Part shown: piece by piece, positions 26,954 through 37,449 of the stretch
Layout: the number at the start of each line of letters is the position of its first letter
Numbering within the stretch: the first letter of the stretch is position 1
Assembly: GCA_963724765.1 (NCBI GenBank)
Contig: CAVRVY010000001.1
Location: forward strand, 96,001 to 160,000
Source of the DNA: an uncultured delta proteobacterium
Lineage (GTDB): Bacteria; Desulfobacterota; Binatia; Binatales; Binataceae
Length of the DNA: 64,000 nt
Direction of reading: 5' to 3'
Made by a program: the position numbers and the translations under genes
The notes under the pieces: generated by a model
What the model was told of the DNA's origin: nothing
Seen by the model: only the letters and a program-made list of their open reading frames with translations
Databases searched by the model: none

Positions 26954-27814
26954 ATGTTGCTGCGCAAGCTTCGCGAACAGCGTAGCGCTCGCTACCGCAT
27001 CCTGAGGGAGCGCCTCACTGAACCGCTTCATCTAAACCTGGCATCCGTGCTAGTTGCGCTGGTGGGCTCGTTTCGCGCCAAAGTCGCGTGCGACCTGGTA
27101 AGCCGGCCGCATTACGCTTACGGAATACTCGCCGCGGCGGACCAGGCGCTCGAAGCAGGACAAAAGGCGATCACCGCGGTGGAATTCGGTGTTGCCGCGG
27201 GCGAGGGCTTGCTTAACATGTGCGTCATCGCGGAACAGGTTAAACGTGCCACTGGCGTGCAGGTCAACATCGCTGGCTTCGATAGCGGGAAAGGCATGCC
27301 CCCGCCGGCCGACTATCGAGACCATCCCGAAGAGTTCCAGGCCGGTGATTTTCCGATGTCCCACGATCAATTGAGGCCGAGACTTCCGGCGAATTGCCAA
27401 CTGGTGCTGGGGCCGGTTCAGGAAACCGTCCCCGCATTTCTGAAGAATTCGCTCAGCTCGGCATCTCCGCTGGGGTTTGCCGCATTCGATTTGGATTATT
27501 ATTCATCGACCAGACAGGCATTGACGCTGCTGGCGGACAATGACGCTTCAAAATACCTGTTCCTGCCCTTCTTGTATTTCGACGATATTGTCCTGCCAAC
27601 GTACAACGAATGGGCCGGTGAGCTTTTGGCGATGAAGGAGTTCAACGCCGAACACGAGATGAGAAAGATCGAGCAGTACCGCTTCTTGCGTTCGCGGCGG
27701 ATCTTCAAGGCCGCGCGCTGGATCGACCAGATGTTTCTGCTGCACCTGTTCGATCATCCGCGAATTAGCCAGACACGTGAGACTAAGAGAGCGATGCCGA
27801 ACGTCTACTTCTAG
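26954..27814 (+). CDS. TylF-like methyltransferase-fold protein
   Basis: VEFGVAAG, GFDSGKGMP, DLDYYSST, YFDD. Confidence 0.62.
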   Translation: MLLRKLREQRSARYRILRERLTEPLHLNLASVLVALVGSFRAKVACDLVSRPHYAYGILAAADQALEAGQKAITAVEFGVAAGEGLLNMCVIAEQVKRATGVQVNIAGFDSGKGMPPPADYRDHPEEFQAGDFPMSHDQLRPRLPANCQLVLGPVQETVPAFLKNSLSSASPLGFAAFDLDYYSSTRQALTLLADNDASKYLFLPFLYFDDIVLPTYNEWAGELLAMKEFNAEHEMRKIEQYRFLRSRRIFKAARWIDQMFLLHLFDHPRISQTRETKRAMPNVYF

Positions 27815-28963
27815 TATTGTGTCCCACAAATAACTTTACAGGAGTGAGGCCCATCTGCTATGGTCCGGTGGAGGTTGAATGGGATGGGCAGGCCGAATGC
27901 AGCCTTGATGATTACTCAGTCGGAGCGGTCGCAACTGCGCTCGATCGTGCGTTCGCGCAGCCTGCCGCATTCGTTGGTGCGGCGCGCACAGATCGTGCTG
28001 CTGTCGGCCGCTGGCGCCGCCAACAGAGAGGTCGCCAGGCGCTGCGGGGTTAGTGCTCCGGTGGTCAGTCTGTGGCGCCAGCGTTATCAGCAACGCGGCA
28101 TCGCCGGGCTGCACGCGGAACTTCGTCCGGGCCGACCGCGCAGCCATAGCGACGAACAGGTAGCGGGCTTGCTGCGCAAGGTACTGCACAGCAAGCCCGC
28201 CGTCGCCACCCACTGGAGCGTGCGCAGCGTGGCGGCGCATACTGGCATCTCCAAGAGCACGGTCGCGCGCTACTTCGCGCTGTTCGGCCTGCAACCACAT
28301 CGGAGCAAGAGCTTTAAGCTGTCCACCGACCCGTTCTTCGTCGAAAAGGTCCGCGACATCGTTGGGCTTTATCTTAATCCGCCGGACAACGCGCTGGTAT
28401 TGTGCGTGGATGAGAAGAGCCAGGTGCAGGCCTTGGAGCGCACCCAACCAGTGCTGCCAATGGGGCTCGGTTATGTCGAGGGAGTGACTCACGATTACTA
28501 TCGTCACGGCACTACCACGCTCTTCGCGGCACTGGACATCGTCGACGGCGGGGTCATCTCCCAGTGCAAGCCGCGCCATCGCCACCAGGAATTCCTGAGC
28601 TTTTTGAAACATCTCGATGCTAATATGCCGGCCGATCTTGAACTGCACCTGATCGCCGACAACTACGCGACTCACAAGCATCCCAAAGTCAGAGCGTGGC
28701 TCGCCAGCCATCCGCGCTTTCACCTTCACTTCACGCCCACCTACTCAAGCTGGCTCAACCAGATCGAGCGCTGGTTCGCGCTTATCACCCAGCAAGCGAT
28801 TCGCCGCGGCTCGTTCCGCAACGTCCGGGAACTGGTGGGGAAGATCGACGCCTACGTGGCTCATTACAATGCCCACAAGCGGCCCTTCGTCTGGACTGCC
28901 ACCGCCGACTCGATATTCAACAAACTCCAGCGCATCTGTAAACTTATTAATGGGACACAACAC
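27814..28963 (+). mobile_element. IS630-family insertion sequence
   Basis: 27-bp terminal IRs, 23/27 match (GTATTGTGTCCCACAAATAACTTTACA); TA duplication at 27812-13 and 28964-65 in CTAG context. Confidence 0.95.
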
Positions 28964-28966
28964 TAG
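27884..28966 (+). CDS. IS630 transposase
   Basis: VDEKSQ, RHGT, DNYATHK, PTYSSWLNQIE. Confidence 0.96.
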   Translation: MGRPNAALMITQSERSQLRSIVRSRSLPHSLVRRAQIVLLSAAGAANREVARRCGVSAPVVSLWRQRYQQRGIAGLHAELRPGRPRSHSDEQVAGLLRKVLHSKPAVATHWSVRSVAAHTGISKSTVARYFALFGLQPHRSKSFKLSTDPFFVEKVRDIVGLYLNPPDNALVLCVDEKSQVQALERTQPVLPMGLGYVEGVTHDYYRHGTTTLFAALDIVDGGVISQCKPRHRHQEFLSFLKHLDANMPADLELHLIADNYATHKHPKVRAWLASHPRFHLHFTPTYSSWLNQIERWFALITQQAIRRGSFRNVRELVGKIDAYVAHYNAHKRPFVWTATADSIFNKLQRICKLINGTQH

Positions 28967-28977
28967 AAGGTTGACGA

Positions 28978-28997
28978 AAAAAAAGTGAGTACTCACG
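28978..28997 (-). terminator. Possible short intrinsic terminator
   Basis: GTGAGTACTCAC palindrome followed by T8 on the minus strand. Confidence 0.35.
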
Positions 28998-29031
28998 TTC
29001 TCGGGCGGATAGTGATCTAATGATAGTGAAT

Positions 29032-31842
29032 TCAGGCGCTCATTGGCAGATCGCCGTTCTTTGGTGACGGGCGCCCGCTGGCGGTGCCGAGCGAGTTCGC
29101 GTCAGGGTACTCCTGCGCCGTGCGCAGACGGTCGCGGAGCTTTTCGGCAAGCCCGCGCACGTAGGGCTCGCGAAACATCGGCTGACCGTGAAATCCTTCG
29201 ACATCGACGACTTCGAGACCCCCGGCAGCAACACCTCCCCATCCGAGCAACGGATCGGTCGCGTAGATCTCGTTCGACGGCTGCGCGGGCACCCGGAATA
29301 GCGTGATCGGGCGCGAATAGGCGAGCGGGCGATAGCGGCGGCTGGCTGCGAAGGCCACGTTGAGAAAGTAGAAGTACAGGGTTTCCTGCGAGAGCGCGCG
29401 GCCGGCGAGCCGGCGCCAGCGGATACTCAGACGCCGCGCCCAGAGACTGAACATCTCGCGGCGCATCTCCGACCATCGGCGCTCCGGCGGCTGCGGAAAA
29501 GGGTTGCCGAGCCGGCGAAACAGATGGAATCGAGCCGGTGCGTTGCGGCGTAGCCTCGGATATCCGGGTGCGCGCGTGTCGAACAGCGCCAGCAGACCGA
29601 CCTCCTCGCCGGCGTGTGCGAGCTGTTGCGCCATCTCGAATGCCACCACACCCCCGAACGACGAGCCGCCCAGGAAATACGGTCCGCGCGGCTGCACCGC
29701 GCGCATCTCACGCACGAAGTAGGCGGCGAGTGAATCCACCGTGCTGAATGGTGCTCGCTGGCCGTCCTGCCCCGGCGGTTGCAAGCCGTAAAATGGTTGA
29801 TTGGGTCCGAGATGGCGCGGCAGTTCGGCCAGCGAGAGCACGTCGGTGCCGGCGCCCGCCGCGCAGAAAAACCCGGGCCGATCGCCGTGCGGCTGCAGTG
29901 CCACGATCGCCGGCCACGCAGGCGACCAGCTCGTGTCGCGCAGGATCTCAGCCTGCCGCGCCACGGTCGGGGCCTCGAGCAATGCCGAAATCGGCAATCG
30001 CCGCCCGCATACGCCTTCGACCTGGCTGACCAGCTCCAGCGCGAGAATCGAATCTCCGCCGAGCTCGAAGAAGTCATCGTGAATGCCGACCGGGCGAAGC
30101 TTGAGCACCATCTCCCAGATCGCCACGAGGCAGACCTCCAGACGGTCGCGCGGCGGATGCGCGCCCGAACGCGTAGGCTCGGGATCGGGCAGCGCGCGCC
30201 GATCGACTTTTCCGTTATGGATTAGCGGCAACGAGTCCATACGTACGAATGCCGACGGGACCATCGACGCCGGGAGTGTGCGCCCAAGCTGGTCGCGCAA
30301 CGCCGCGGGCGAGGCTTCGCTCACCACGTAGGCGACCAAGCGAGTTTCGCCGAAGCGGTCGGGCCGGCCGACCACGGCGGCCTCGCGGATCGCCGGGTTC
30401 GCCAGGAGCGCGGCCTCGACCTCGGCCGTCTCCACGTACTGACCGCGGACCTTCACCACCGATTCGCGCCGGCCCAGATGGACGAGGCATCCATCGGACA
30501 GGATCATTCCGCGGTCGCTGGCGCGGAACATCCGCCTGCCGTCCGGGCAGGTCGAGAGTACCGCCGCCGTCAGTTCGGGATTGCGCCAGTAGCCACAAAA
30601 GAGGTATTCGCTCCGAATCGCGATCTGACCCACGTGGCCAGCGCTCAGCTCGCGGCCCTCCTCGTCGAGCACGACGACTTCCGTCTCAGCTAATTCGTAG
30701 CCCACCGGAATTACCGATCCTTCAAACGTGCTGGCCTCATCGATGAAGAACATCCGGATGACGTTCATTTCGGTGGCGCCCAGGCTGACGCATAGGAGGC
30801 TCGTCTTGGGAAAGTGCTTGCGGAACAGCTCGACGTCCCTGAGTGTGGTCGCTTCGCCAGCCAGCTTGACCAGGCGAAGCGAAGGCAGCGAGGCCCTCTC
30901 CGGCAGCAAGCGGGCGAGTCGCCGGAATACCGTCGGCACCGAATGGTAGATCGTGATCCGCTCGCTCGCGATCCAGCCTGCCAGGCTGGCGAATCCCTGT
31001 TTACGCAGATCAAAGGGATGCAGCGAGGCGCCGTTCAACAATGCGCCGAAGATGTCCGATACCGAAGCGGCGACGTCGTAGAGGGGGAGCACGGCATGAC
31101 GGTCGGCGGCGTCGAGATGGACCGTGTTAGCGTACCTCATGATATGGTGCAGGACGTTGCGATGGCTCTGGACGACGCCCTTGGGGCTCCCGGTGGATCC
31201 CGAGGTGTAGAAAATGTACGCGACGGCGCCGGGCGGAATCGCCAGGCCGAGATTTTCCGCGGAGGACCGGTCGCCGAGCCGGTCAATTGAGATGATCGTT
31301 GGTGAGATGATCGTTGATGAGATGCCTTTCACCGATTCGCGCGCAAGCTCGCGGGCGAGCGCGGCGTGGTGATCGCTGGTAACGATCACGCCGGCGCCGC
31401 AATCATCGAGGATCGCGGCGAGCCGGGCGGCCGGATGGGTCGGGTTCAGTACCACATAGCATCGTGCGGCCTTGAGCACGCCGAGCATCGCCGCCACCGC
31501 CGGCGCGCCGTGCTCGAACAAGAGCGCAACGGGGCTCTCGCTCGCTGTCGGCGCGTCGAGGAGCAGCGCCCTGCCGATACGGTTTGCCCGGGCGTTGAGT
31601 TCGCCGTAATTCCATTCGTGCACGCCGTCGCGAATCGCGAGCGCCGCCGGCCGCTGCGCCACCTGGGCCTCGAAACGGGCGGCGATCGACTGCTCGACTT
31701 CGCCGCGCTCGAAGGGAATGAAGGCGTTGGCCGGCCCGGGGCCATCTGCGGCCAGGCGCGCGCGGAGAGCGGGCGGTGGATTTGGATGAATCGGGCATGC
31801 TTGGCGCGGCAATTGGGTATCGGCGCTCGCCGTGGCGTTCAA
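29032..31842 (-). CDS. Stand-alone NRPS-like A-T-TE enzyme
   Basis: YTSGSTGSPKG, NGKVDR, DDFFELGGDS, GSSFGG. Confidence 0.92.
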   Translation of the reverse strand: MNATASADTQLPRQACPIHPNPPPALRARLAADGPGPANAFIPFERGEVEQSIAARFEAQVAQRPAALAIRDGVHEWNYGELNARANRIGRALLLDAPTASESPVALLFEHGAPAVAAMLGVLKAARCYVVLNPTHPAARLAAILDDCGAGVIVTSDHHAALARELARESVKGISSTIISPTIISIDRLGDRSSAENLGLAIPPGAVAYIFYTSGSTGSPKGVVQSHRNVLHHIMRYANTVHLDAADRHAVLPLYDVAASVSDIFGALLNGASLHPFDLRKQGFASLAGWIASERITIYHSVPTVFRRLARLLPERASLPSLRLVKLAGEATTLRDVELFRKHFPKTSLLCVSLGATEMNVIRMFFIDEASTFEGSVIPVGYELAETEVVVLDEEGRELSAGHVGQIAIRSEYLFCGYWRNPELTAAVLSTCPDGRRMFRASDRGMILSDGCLVHLGRRESVVKVRGQYVETAEVEAALLANPAIREAAVVGRPDRFGETRLVAYVVSEASPAALRDQLGRTLPASMVPSAFVRMDSLPLIHNGKVDRRALPDPEPTRSGAHPPRDRLEVCLVAIWEMVLKLRPVGIHDDFFELGGDSILALELVSQVEGVCGRRLPISALLEAPTVARQAEILRDTSWSPAWPAIVALQPHGDRPGFFCAAGAGTDVLSLAELPRHLGPNQPFYGLQPPGQDGQRAPFSTVDSLAAYFVREMRAVQPRGPYFLGGSSFGGVVAFEMAQQLAHAGEEVGLLALFDTRAPGYPRLRRNAPARFHLFRRLGNPFPQPPERRWSEMRREMFSLWARRLSIRWRRLAGRALSQETLYFYFLNVAFAASRRYRPLAYSRPITLFRVPAQPSNEIYATDPLLGWGGVAAGGLEVVDVEGFHGQPMFREPYVRGLAEKLRDRLRTAQEYPDANSLGTASGRPSPKNGDLPMSA

Positions 31843-31975
31843 AATAGCGGATTTTTTTGACCGCGCAACCGAAAATCCGCCGCCGCCACCCCCGTCGCGG
31901 ATAACGGGGAGGAATGGTAACCTCTAACGGATCAAGCTTAAGCCAACAGCTTGGTGAAAAGGACGAACAGATTAA

Positions 31976-33088
31976 GTGCGTAAACAGATCATATATACTG
32001 CGACGCCCGCAACGGCAGAACGGCCCGGCGGCTGTATCTTTTTGGCGGCTGCGCTCGTCGCCTCCACCACGGCGCTGATCGCTTTCGCGCTCACGCTCGC
32101 AATTCCTGCGCGTGCGGCGGCGGACTCCGGCCCGGTACTCGCGGAGGTCGGCAGCCACAAGATCACCCAACAGGAAGTCGACTCCAAGATAAAGATCCAG
32201 CTCTACGATGCCCGCAAAGAGGCCCTCGATCAGATGGTGGACGACTATCTGATTCAGCAGGCAGCCAAGAAGGAGAAGCTCAGCATCGCCGACTACGTCA
32301 AGCGTGAAGTCGACGACAAGGCGGTGGCCGACGTCAACAACGCGACGGCCAAGAAGTTTTATGACGAGAACAAGGACAAGATTCCAGCGCTGAAGAACGC
32401 CGGCTCATACGATAAGATCAAGGATCGATTGATCGCGGCGCTGCGCCAGCGCGACGCCCAGCAGCAGCACGAGCAGCTCCTGGCCCGGCTGCGCAAGGAG
32501 GGCGGTGCCAAGATCCTGCTCGAGGCGCCGCGCATCAATGTCAACCTGGGCGCTGCCGGCCATCCCACGCTGGGCCCCAAAAATGCGCCTGTCACGGTGA
32601 TCGAGTTCGCCGACTTCCAGTGCCCGTTCTGCAAGCGCTCCGAAGACGCCGTGATGGCTATCCATCAGAAGTACGGCGACCGGATTCAGCTGGTGTTCAT
32701 GGATTTTCCGTTGAGCTTCCACCCGCATGCGATGCCAGCCGCCAACGCCGCGCGCTGCGCCGAGGCACAGGGCAAGTTCTGGCAATATCATGACGCGCTG
32801 TTTGGCGATCAATCCAAGCTCGAACCCGGCGACCTTAAGGCGACCGCCAAGAAGCTCGGGCTCGACATGACCAAGTTCAACGCCTGCTTCGACAAGAGCC
32901 AGTACGACCAGGCGATCCAAAAGGATCTGGAGGAGGGCCACAGGCTCAACGTGAACGGCACGCCGACCTTTTTTATCGACGGGCGCGAAATCGTTGGGGC
33001 GCAGCCGACGGAGAATTTCGTAAGTATAATTGACCAGGAACTTGCCAAGAACGGCGACCACAACAAGAAGACTGCTGCCGCCAAGTAG
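31976..33088 (+). CDS. DsbA-family thioredoxin-fold protein with N-terminal helical (SurA-like) domain
   Basis: EFADFQCPFC, GTPTFFIDG; signal peptide. Confidence 0.9.
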   Translation: MRKQIIYTATPATAERPGGCIFLAAALVASTTALIAFALTLAIPARAAADSGPVLAEVGSHKITQQEVDSKIKIQLYDARKEALDQMVDDYLIQQAAKKEKLSIADYVKREVDDKAVADVNNATAKKFYDENKDKIPALKNAGSYDKIKDRLIAALRQRDAQQQHEQLLARLRKEGGAKILLEAPRINVNLGAAGHPTLGPKNAPVTVIEFADFQCPFCKRSEDAVMAIHQKYGDRIQLVFMDFPLSFHPHAMPAANAARCAEAQGKFWQYHDALFGDQSKLEPGDLKATAKKLGLDMTKFNACFDKSQYDQAIQKDLEEGHRLNVNGTPTFFIDGREIVGAQPTENFVSIIDQELAKNGDHNKKTAAAK

Positions 33089-33114
33089 CGGAAATTGTCT
33101 GAGCGTAGGGCCTG

Positions 33115-33151
33115 AAACCGCCGGCTGCGTCGCGGCCGGCGGTTTTCCTTT
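33115..33151 (+). terminator. Intrinsic terminator
   Basis: AAACCGCCGGC...GCCGGCGGTTTT hairpin after the DsbA-like gene. Confidence 0.6.
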
Positions 33152-33351
33152 GTTCCGGACGACCTTACCCGCGGCCTGTTCCGCTGCGCGAAGGGGAGTA
33201 ATTCTTTCGGGTCTTTCTCTTTTGAGAGGGGGCTGAGCTTCGGCCGATGAGCGCCGCAGCTTCTTCACCTTTCGTCCCCCTACGCACCGGTTTTCATCAA
33301 CGCTGGCAGCGCGACGCGGATGGTGCGAGAATCGCGCCGGAGAAATTCCCA

Positions 33352-34185
33352 ATGGAGAATCCGAAGCCAGCATCCGGGCCCCCGCGCCCCGTCCGCCGCT
33401 CAGAGAAAAAAGCGCCGCGCACGCTCTGCGTCGATATCGGCGGCACCGGCATCAAGGCCGAGTTACTCGACGAGCGCGGTCGCCCGCTGACCGATCGCGC
33501 TCGCATCCCGACACCGAAGAAAGCGACACCGCATCAGGTGATCGCCATCATCCGTAAGCTGGCCAAAACCGAGGGTGAGTTCGATCGCGTCTCGGTGGGT
33601 TTTCCGGGGGTGACCAAGAACGGCGTCATCTATACCGCGCCCAACCTGGGCAAGGGATGGAACAATTTCGCGCTCGAGCAGAAGCTGCGCCGCGCGCTGG
33701 GACGCCCGGTGCGCCTCGCCAACGACGCTGATGTGCAGGGCCTCGGCAGCGTCACCGGTCACGGGGTCGAACTGATCATCACGCTCGGCACCGGTGTGGG
33801 CTCGGCGATTTTTGCCAACGGCAATCGCATCCACCTCGAGCTTGGGCATCATCCGTTCCACAAGGGCAGGACTTACGAGGACGAGCTGGGCCATCGGATG
33901 CTGCTCAAGAAGGGCAGTAAGTGGTGGAACAAGCGATTGCGGGAAGCAATCGAGGATCTCAAGAATGCGTTCAACTATGACCGGCTTTATATCGGCGGCG
34001 GCGACACCAAGTTCATCCGCTTCGAGCCGCCCGAGGGAGTGAAGATCGTCAGCAACGTGGAAGGGCTGCTCGGCGGAATCAAGCTATGGCAGGAGGTCGA
34101 CGCGAAGCCGGCCTCGGGGGCGGGCGCCAAAACGCCGCGCCCCGTCAAACGCCGGCGGAAGAGGGGCGTCCCGGCGCAAGCGTAG
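33352..34185 (+). CDS. ROK-family kinase (polyphosphate glucokinase-like)
   Basis: DIGGTGIK, GFPG, NDAD, TLGTGVG, ELGH. Confidence 0.88.
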   Translation: MENPKPASGPPRPVRRSEKKAPRTLCVDIGGTGIKAELLDERGRPLTDRARIPTPKKATPHQVIAIIRKLAKTEGEFDRVSVGFPGVTKNGVIYTAPNLGKGWNNFALEQKLRRALGRPVRLANDADVQGLGSVTGHGVELIITLGTGVGSAIFANGNRIHLELGHHPFHKGRTYEDELGHRMLLKKGSKWWNKRLREAIEDLKNAFNYDRLYIGGGDTKFIRFEPPEGVKIVSNVEGLLGGIKLWQEVDAKPASGAGAKTPRPVKRRRKRGVPAQA

Positions 34186-34328
34186 CACTGGACGAAGCTT
34201 TCGAGGGCCAACGCCGGGCGGCGGCCCGCGGCTTCCAATCGGCGACGTATCGGCGATAGACTCCCGTACGCTCAGCTGACCCGATGCCGGGCCGCCTCAG
34301 ATTCCGTTTAGTCCAGGGAGAGACACCG

Positions 34329-36002
34329 ATGGCCGAAAATCTGCGCAGCAAACTGGTGACCGAAGGCGTCCAGCGCGCGCCCAACCGCTCGATGCTTCGC
34401 GCGGTGGGGTTCCGCGACAGCGACTTCAACAAGCCGATCATCGGCGTCGCCAACGGTTACAGCACGATCACGCCCTGCAACATGGGCCTCGACACGCTGG
34501 CGAAGCGCGCCGAGACCGCAGTGCGCGGCGCGGGCGCAATGCCGCAGATGTTCGGCACGATCACGGTCAGCGACGGGATCGCGATGGGCACCGAGGGAAT
34601 GAAATACTCGCTGGTCTCGCGCGAGGTCATCGCGGACTCGATCGAAACCGCCTGCGGTGCGCAGTCGATGGACGGCGTGATCGCGATCGGCGGCTGCGAC
34701 AAGAACATGCCGGGCGCGATGATCGCGATCGCGCGGATGAACATCCCGGCGATCTTCGTCTATGGCGGCACCATCAAGCCCGGCAATCTCAACGGCCGCG
34801 ACCTCACTATCGTCAGCGCCTTCGAGGCGGTCGGTGAGTACAGCGCGCACAAGATCAGCGAAGCCGAGTTGCTCGAGGTCGAACGCCACGCCTGCCCCGG
34901 CGCCGGCTCGTGCGGCGGAATGTACACGGCGAACACGATGTCGTCGGCGATCGAGGCGATGGGGATGAGCCTGCCGTATTCCTCGACGATGGCGGCCGAG
35001 GACGCCGAAAAGGCCGAGAGCGCCGCGCGTTCGGGCGAGGTGCTGGTCGAGGCGGTGCATCGCGGGCTGTTGCCGCGCCAGATCATGACGCGCAAGGCTT
35101 TCGAGAACGCGATCGCGGTGGTGATGGCGGTCGGCGGATCGACCAACGCCGTGCTGCACCTGCTCGCGATCGCGCACGCCGCCAACGTCCCGCTGAATAT
35201 CGACGACTTCGAGACTATCCGCCAGCGCACCCGCGTGCTGTGCGATCTCAAGCCCTCGGGACGCTACGTGACCACCGAGTTCCATCGCGCGGGCGGCGTC
35301 CCGCAGGTGATGAAGATGCTGCTCGCGCACGGAATCCTCCATGGCGGCGAAAAGACCATCACGGGCCGCACCGTCGCCGAGAATCTGGCCGAGGTTCCCG
35401 AAGCGCCGCGCAAGGACCAGAACGTCATCCGTCAGTGGGACAATCCGATGTACGCCGAGGGCCATCTGGCGATCCTGCGCGGCAACCTTGCGACCGAGGG
35501 CGCGGTGGCGAAGGTCACCGGGATCAAGCATCACGAGATCACCGGACCGGCGCGGGTATTCGATCGTGAAGAGGACACGCTCGATGCGATCCTCGCGGGC
35601 AAGATCAAAAAAGGCGACGTCCTCGTGATCCGTTACGAAGGGCCCAAGGGCGGACCCGGGATGCGTGAGATGCTGTCGCCGACCTCGGCGATCATCGGTG
35701 CCGGACTGGGCGACTCGGTCGGACTGATCACTGATGGACGCTTCTCGGGCGGAACCTATGGGCTGGTGGTGGGCCACGTCGCACCCGAGGCCGCGGTGGG
35801 CGGGTTGATCGCGCTTATAAAGGAAGGGGACTCGATAACGATTGACGGGAACAAGCGCCTGTTGCAACTCAACCTGCCCGAGGACGAGATCGCGCGCCGG
35901 CGCGCGGCCTGGAAGCCGCCCGCGCCACGCTACACCCGCGGCGTGCTGGCCAAGTACGCGGCGCAGGTGTCGTCGGCCTCCCTTGGCGCGGTGACCGACT
36001 GA
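34329..36002 (+). CDS. ilvD: Dihydroxy-acid dehydratase
   Basis: [38 protein letters not shown]. Confidence 0.97.
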   Translation: MAENLRSKLVTEGVQRAPNRSMLRAVGFRDSDFNKPIIGVANGYSTITPCNMGLDTLAKRAETAVRGAGAMPQMFGTITVSDGIAMGTEGMKYSLVSREVIADSIETACGAQSMDGVIAIGGCDKNMPGAMIAIARMNIPAIFVYGGTIKPGNLNGRDLTIVSAFEAVGEYSAHKISEAELLEVERHACPGAGSCGGMYTANTMSSAIEAMGMSLPYSSTMAAEDAEKAESAARSGEVLVEAVHRGLLPRQIMTRKAFENAIAVVMAVGGSTNAVLHLLAIAHAANVPLNIDDFETIRQRTRVLCDLKPSGRYVTTEFHRAGGVPQVMKMLLAHGILHGGEKTITGRTVAENLAEVPEAPRKDQNVIRQWDNPMYAEGHLAILRGNLATEGAVAKVTGIKHHEITGPARVFDREEDTLDAILAGKIKKGDVLVIRYEGPKGGPGMREMLSPTSAIIGAGLGDSVGLITDGRFSGGTYGLVVGHVAPEAAVGGLIALIKEGDSITIDGNKRLLQLNLPEDEIARRRAAWKPPAPRYTRGVLAKYAAQVSSASLGAVTD

Positions 36003-36207
36003 ACTGCTGAACCGCGCAACCGCGCGACGGCGGGCTGTCGCCGGTGGCGTGCCGCCCACGGCTCCGCACTGCGACGGTGCGTGAGCGCCAGCCGCAAGCG
36101 CCGTCAAGCCGCGTAACTTGACTTGCTCGAAGCGCGGTCAGTATAACTCGGAGGCCCGAATCAATTCGGCCGAATCGGCACAGAGAAACCTTCTGGGGGA
36201 GGACCGG

Positions 36208-37416
36208 ATGGTGACTGGCTTACAGTGGCGACTACTTCGACTGGCCCCATTGTTTGTGTTGCTCGCCGGGCCGGCCTTCGCCCAGGTTCCCAGCAGCCCC
36301 ACGCTTCAGTTTCCATACACTCAGCCGCCCGCCGAGGGCGTCGGAGTGCTCAAGATGCCGCCGCCCAGTCCGCACTGGGTGCTGATCAATGCCCCACTCT
36401 ACGGTAACTTTATCGTGTCTCAGGTTTACGTGGTCGACGGCGATTCGAGAAAAATTATCGGCATGCTGACGGGCGGCATGATCTCGACGGCGGCGATATC
36501 GCCCGACCATAAACGCATCTTTCTCGGCGATACGTTTTTCTCGCGCGGCACGCGCGGCAGCCGTACCGACGTGATCACCTTTTACGACACGAGCAGCCTC
36601 GAACCGGTGAGCGAGGTCGTAATACCGCCGAAGCGCCAGCTTGCCGGCCCTGATAACCTGCAGCTCGGGGCGACCTCCGACGGGCATCTGCTGCTGGTGG
36701 CCAACATGACCCCGGCGACTTCGATAACGGTGATTGATATCGCGGCGTCGAAGGTGCTCGGCGAGATTCCGATAACCGGATGCGCCGAATTCCAACTCAC
36801 CGGCAACCGGCAATTCGCCTCGCTGTGCGGCGACGGCTCGCTCCTGATGGTGAGTTTCGACGACAGCGGCAAGTCGGTCAGCGAAAAGCGCAGCTCGAGT
36901 TTCTTCGAGCCCGAGAAGGATCCGGTCTACGCAGTGCCGGCGATTATCAAGAGCGAAAACTACTACGTCACTTATCATGGAGTAGTGCATCCGGTTGATA
37001 TGTCGACCGATCCGCCGACCCCCGGTCCGACGTGGTCGCTAACCTCTGATCAGGAGCGGGCGGCGGGATGGAGGCCCGGCGGCAGCCAGCCAATCTGGGG
37101 ACATTCGTCGGACGGTCTCTTGTACGCCCTGATGCATCAGGGCGGCGAGTGGACGCATAAGCAGCCCGGTTCCGAGATCTGGGTATTCAGTGCGAAGGAC
37201 GGCAAGCGCATCGAACGCCTGTCGCTGCCCGAGCCGGCGACCGCGATCTTCGTATCCCCGGACGACAAGCCGCTGATCTTTGCCGCGACCGCCACTGATA
37301 TTTTACAAATTGGCGCGCCGCCATGGTCGCTCCAGATACTATCGGCGGAAAACGGCAGATACCTGGGAAAAATCGACCAGATGGGCGGCTTTCCGTCCAA
37401 CATGTTTGGCCTGTAA
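36208..37416 (+). CDS. mauB: TTQ amine dehydrogenase heavy chain
   Basis: Signal peptide; VVDGD, SRGTRGSRTD, NMTPATS, WRPGG, LMHQGGEWTHK. Confidence 0.9.
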   Translation: MVTGLQWRLLRLAPLFVLLAGPAFAQVPSSPTLQFPYTQPPAEGVGVLKMPPPSPHWVLINAPLYGNFIVSQVYVVDGDSRKIIGMLTGGMISTAAISPDHKRIFLGDTFFSRGTRGSRTDVITFYDTSSLEPVSEVVIPPKRQLAGPDNLQLGATSDGHLLLVANMTPATSITVIDIAASKVLGEIPITGCAEFQLTGNRQFASLCGDGSLLMVSFDDSGKSVSEKRSSSFFEPEKDPVYAVPAIIKSENYYVTYHGVVHPVDMSTDPPTPGPTWSLTSDQERAAGWRPGGSQPIWGHSSDGLLYALMHQGGEWTHKQPGSEIWVFSAKDGKRIERLSLPEPATAIFVSPDDKPLIFAATATDILQIGAPPWSLQILSAENGRYLGKIDQMGGFPSNMFGL

Positions 37417-37449
37417 CTGGACCGCGCGCAACCGCAGGAGGAATGGATA

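Noticed and set aside
31290-31325. 15-bp tandem repeat (GAGATGATCGTTG..) in the A-T-TE gene
   Set aside because: In-frame micro-duplication (ISSTI-ISPTI) in a variable loop; no sign of phase variation.
34308-36107. 599-aa minus-strand ORF, and similar long antisense ORFs over FkbH, IS630, DsbA and PKS
   Set aside because: Antisense shadows of well-supported GC-rich genes; no motifs of their own.
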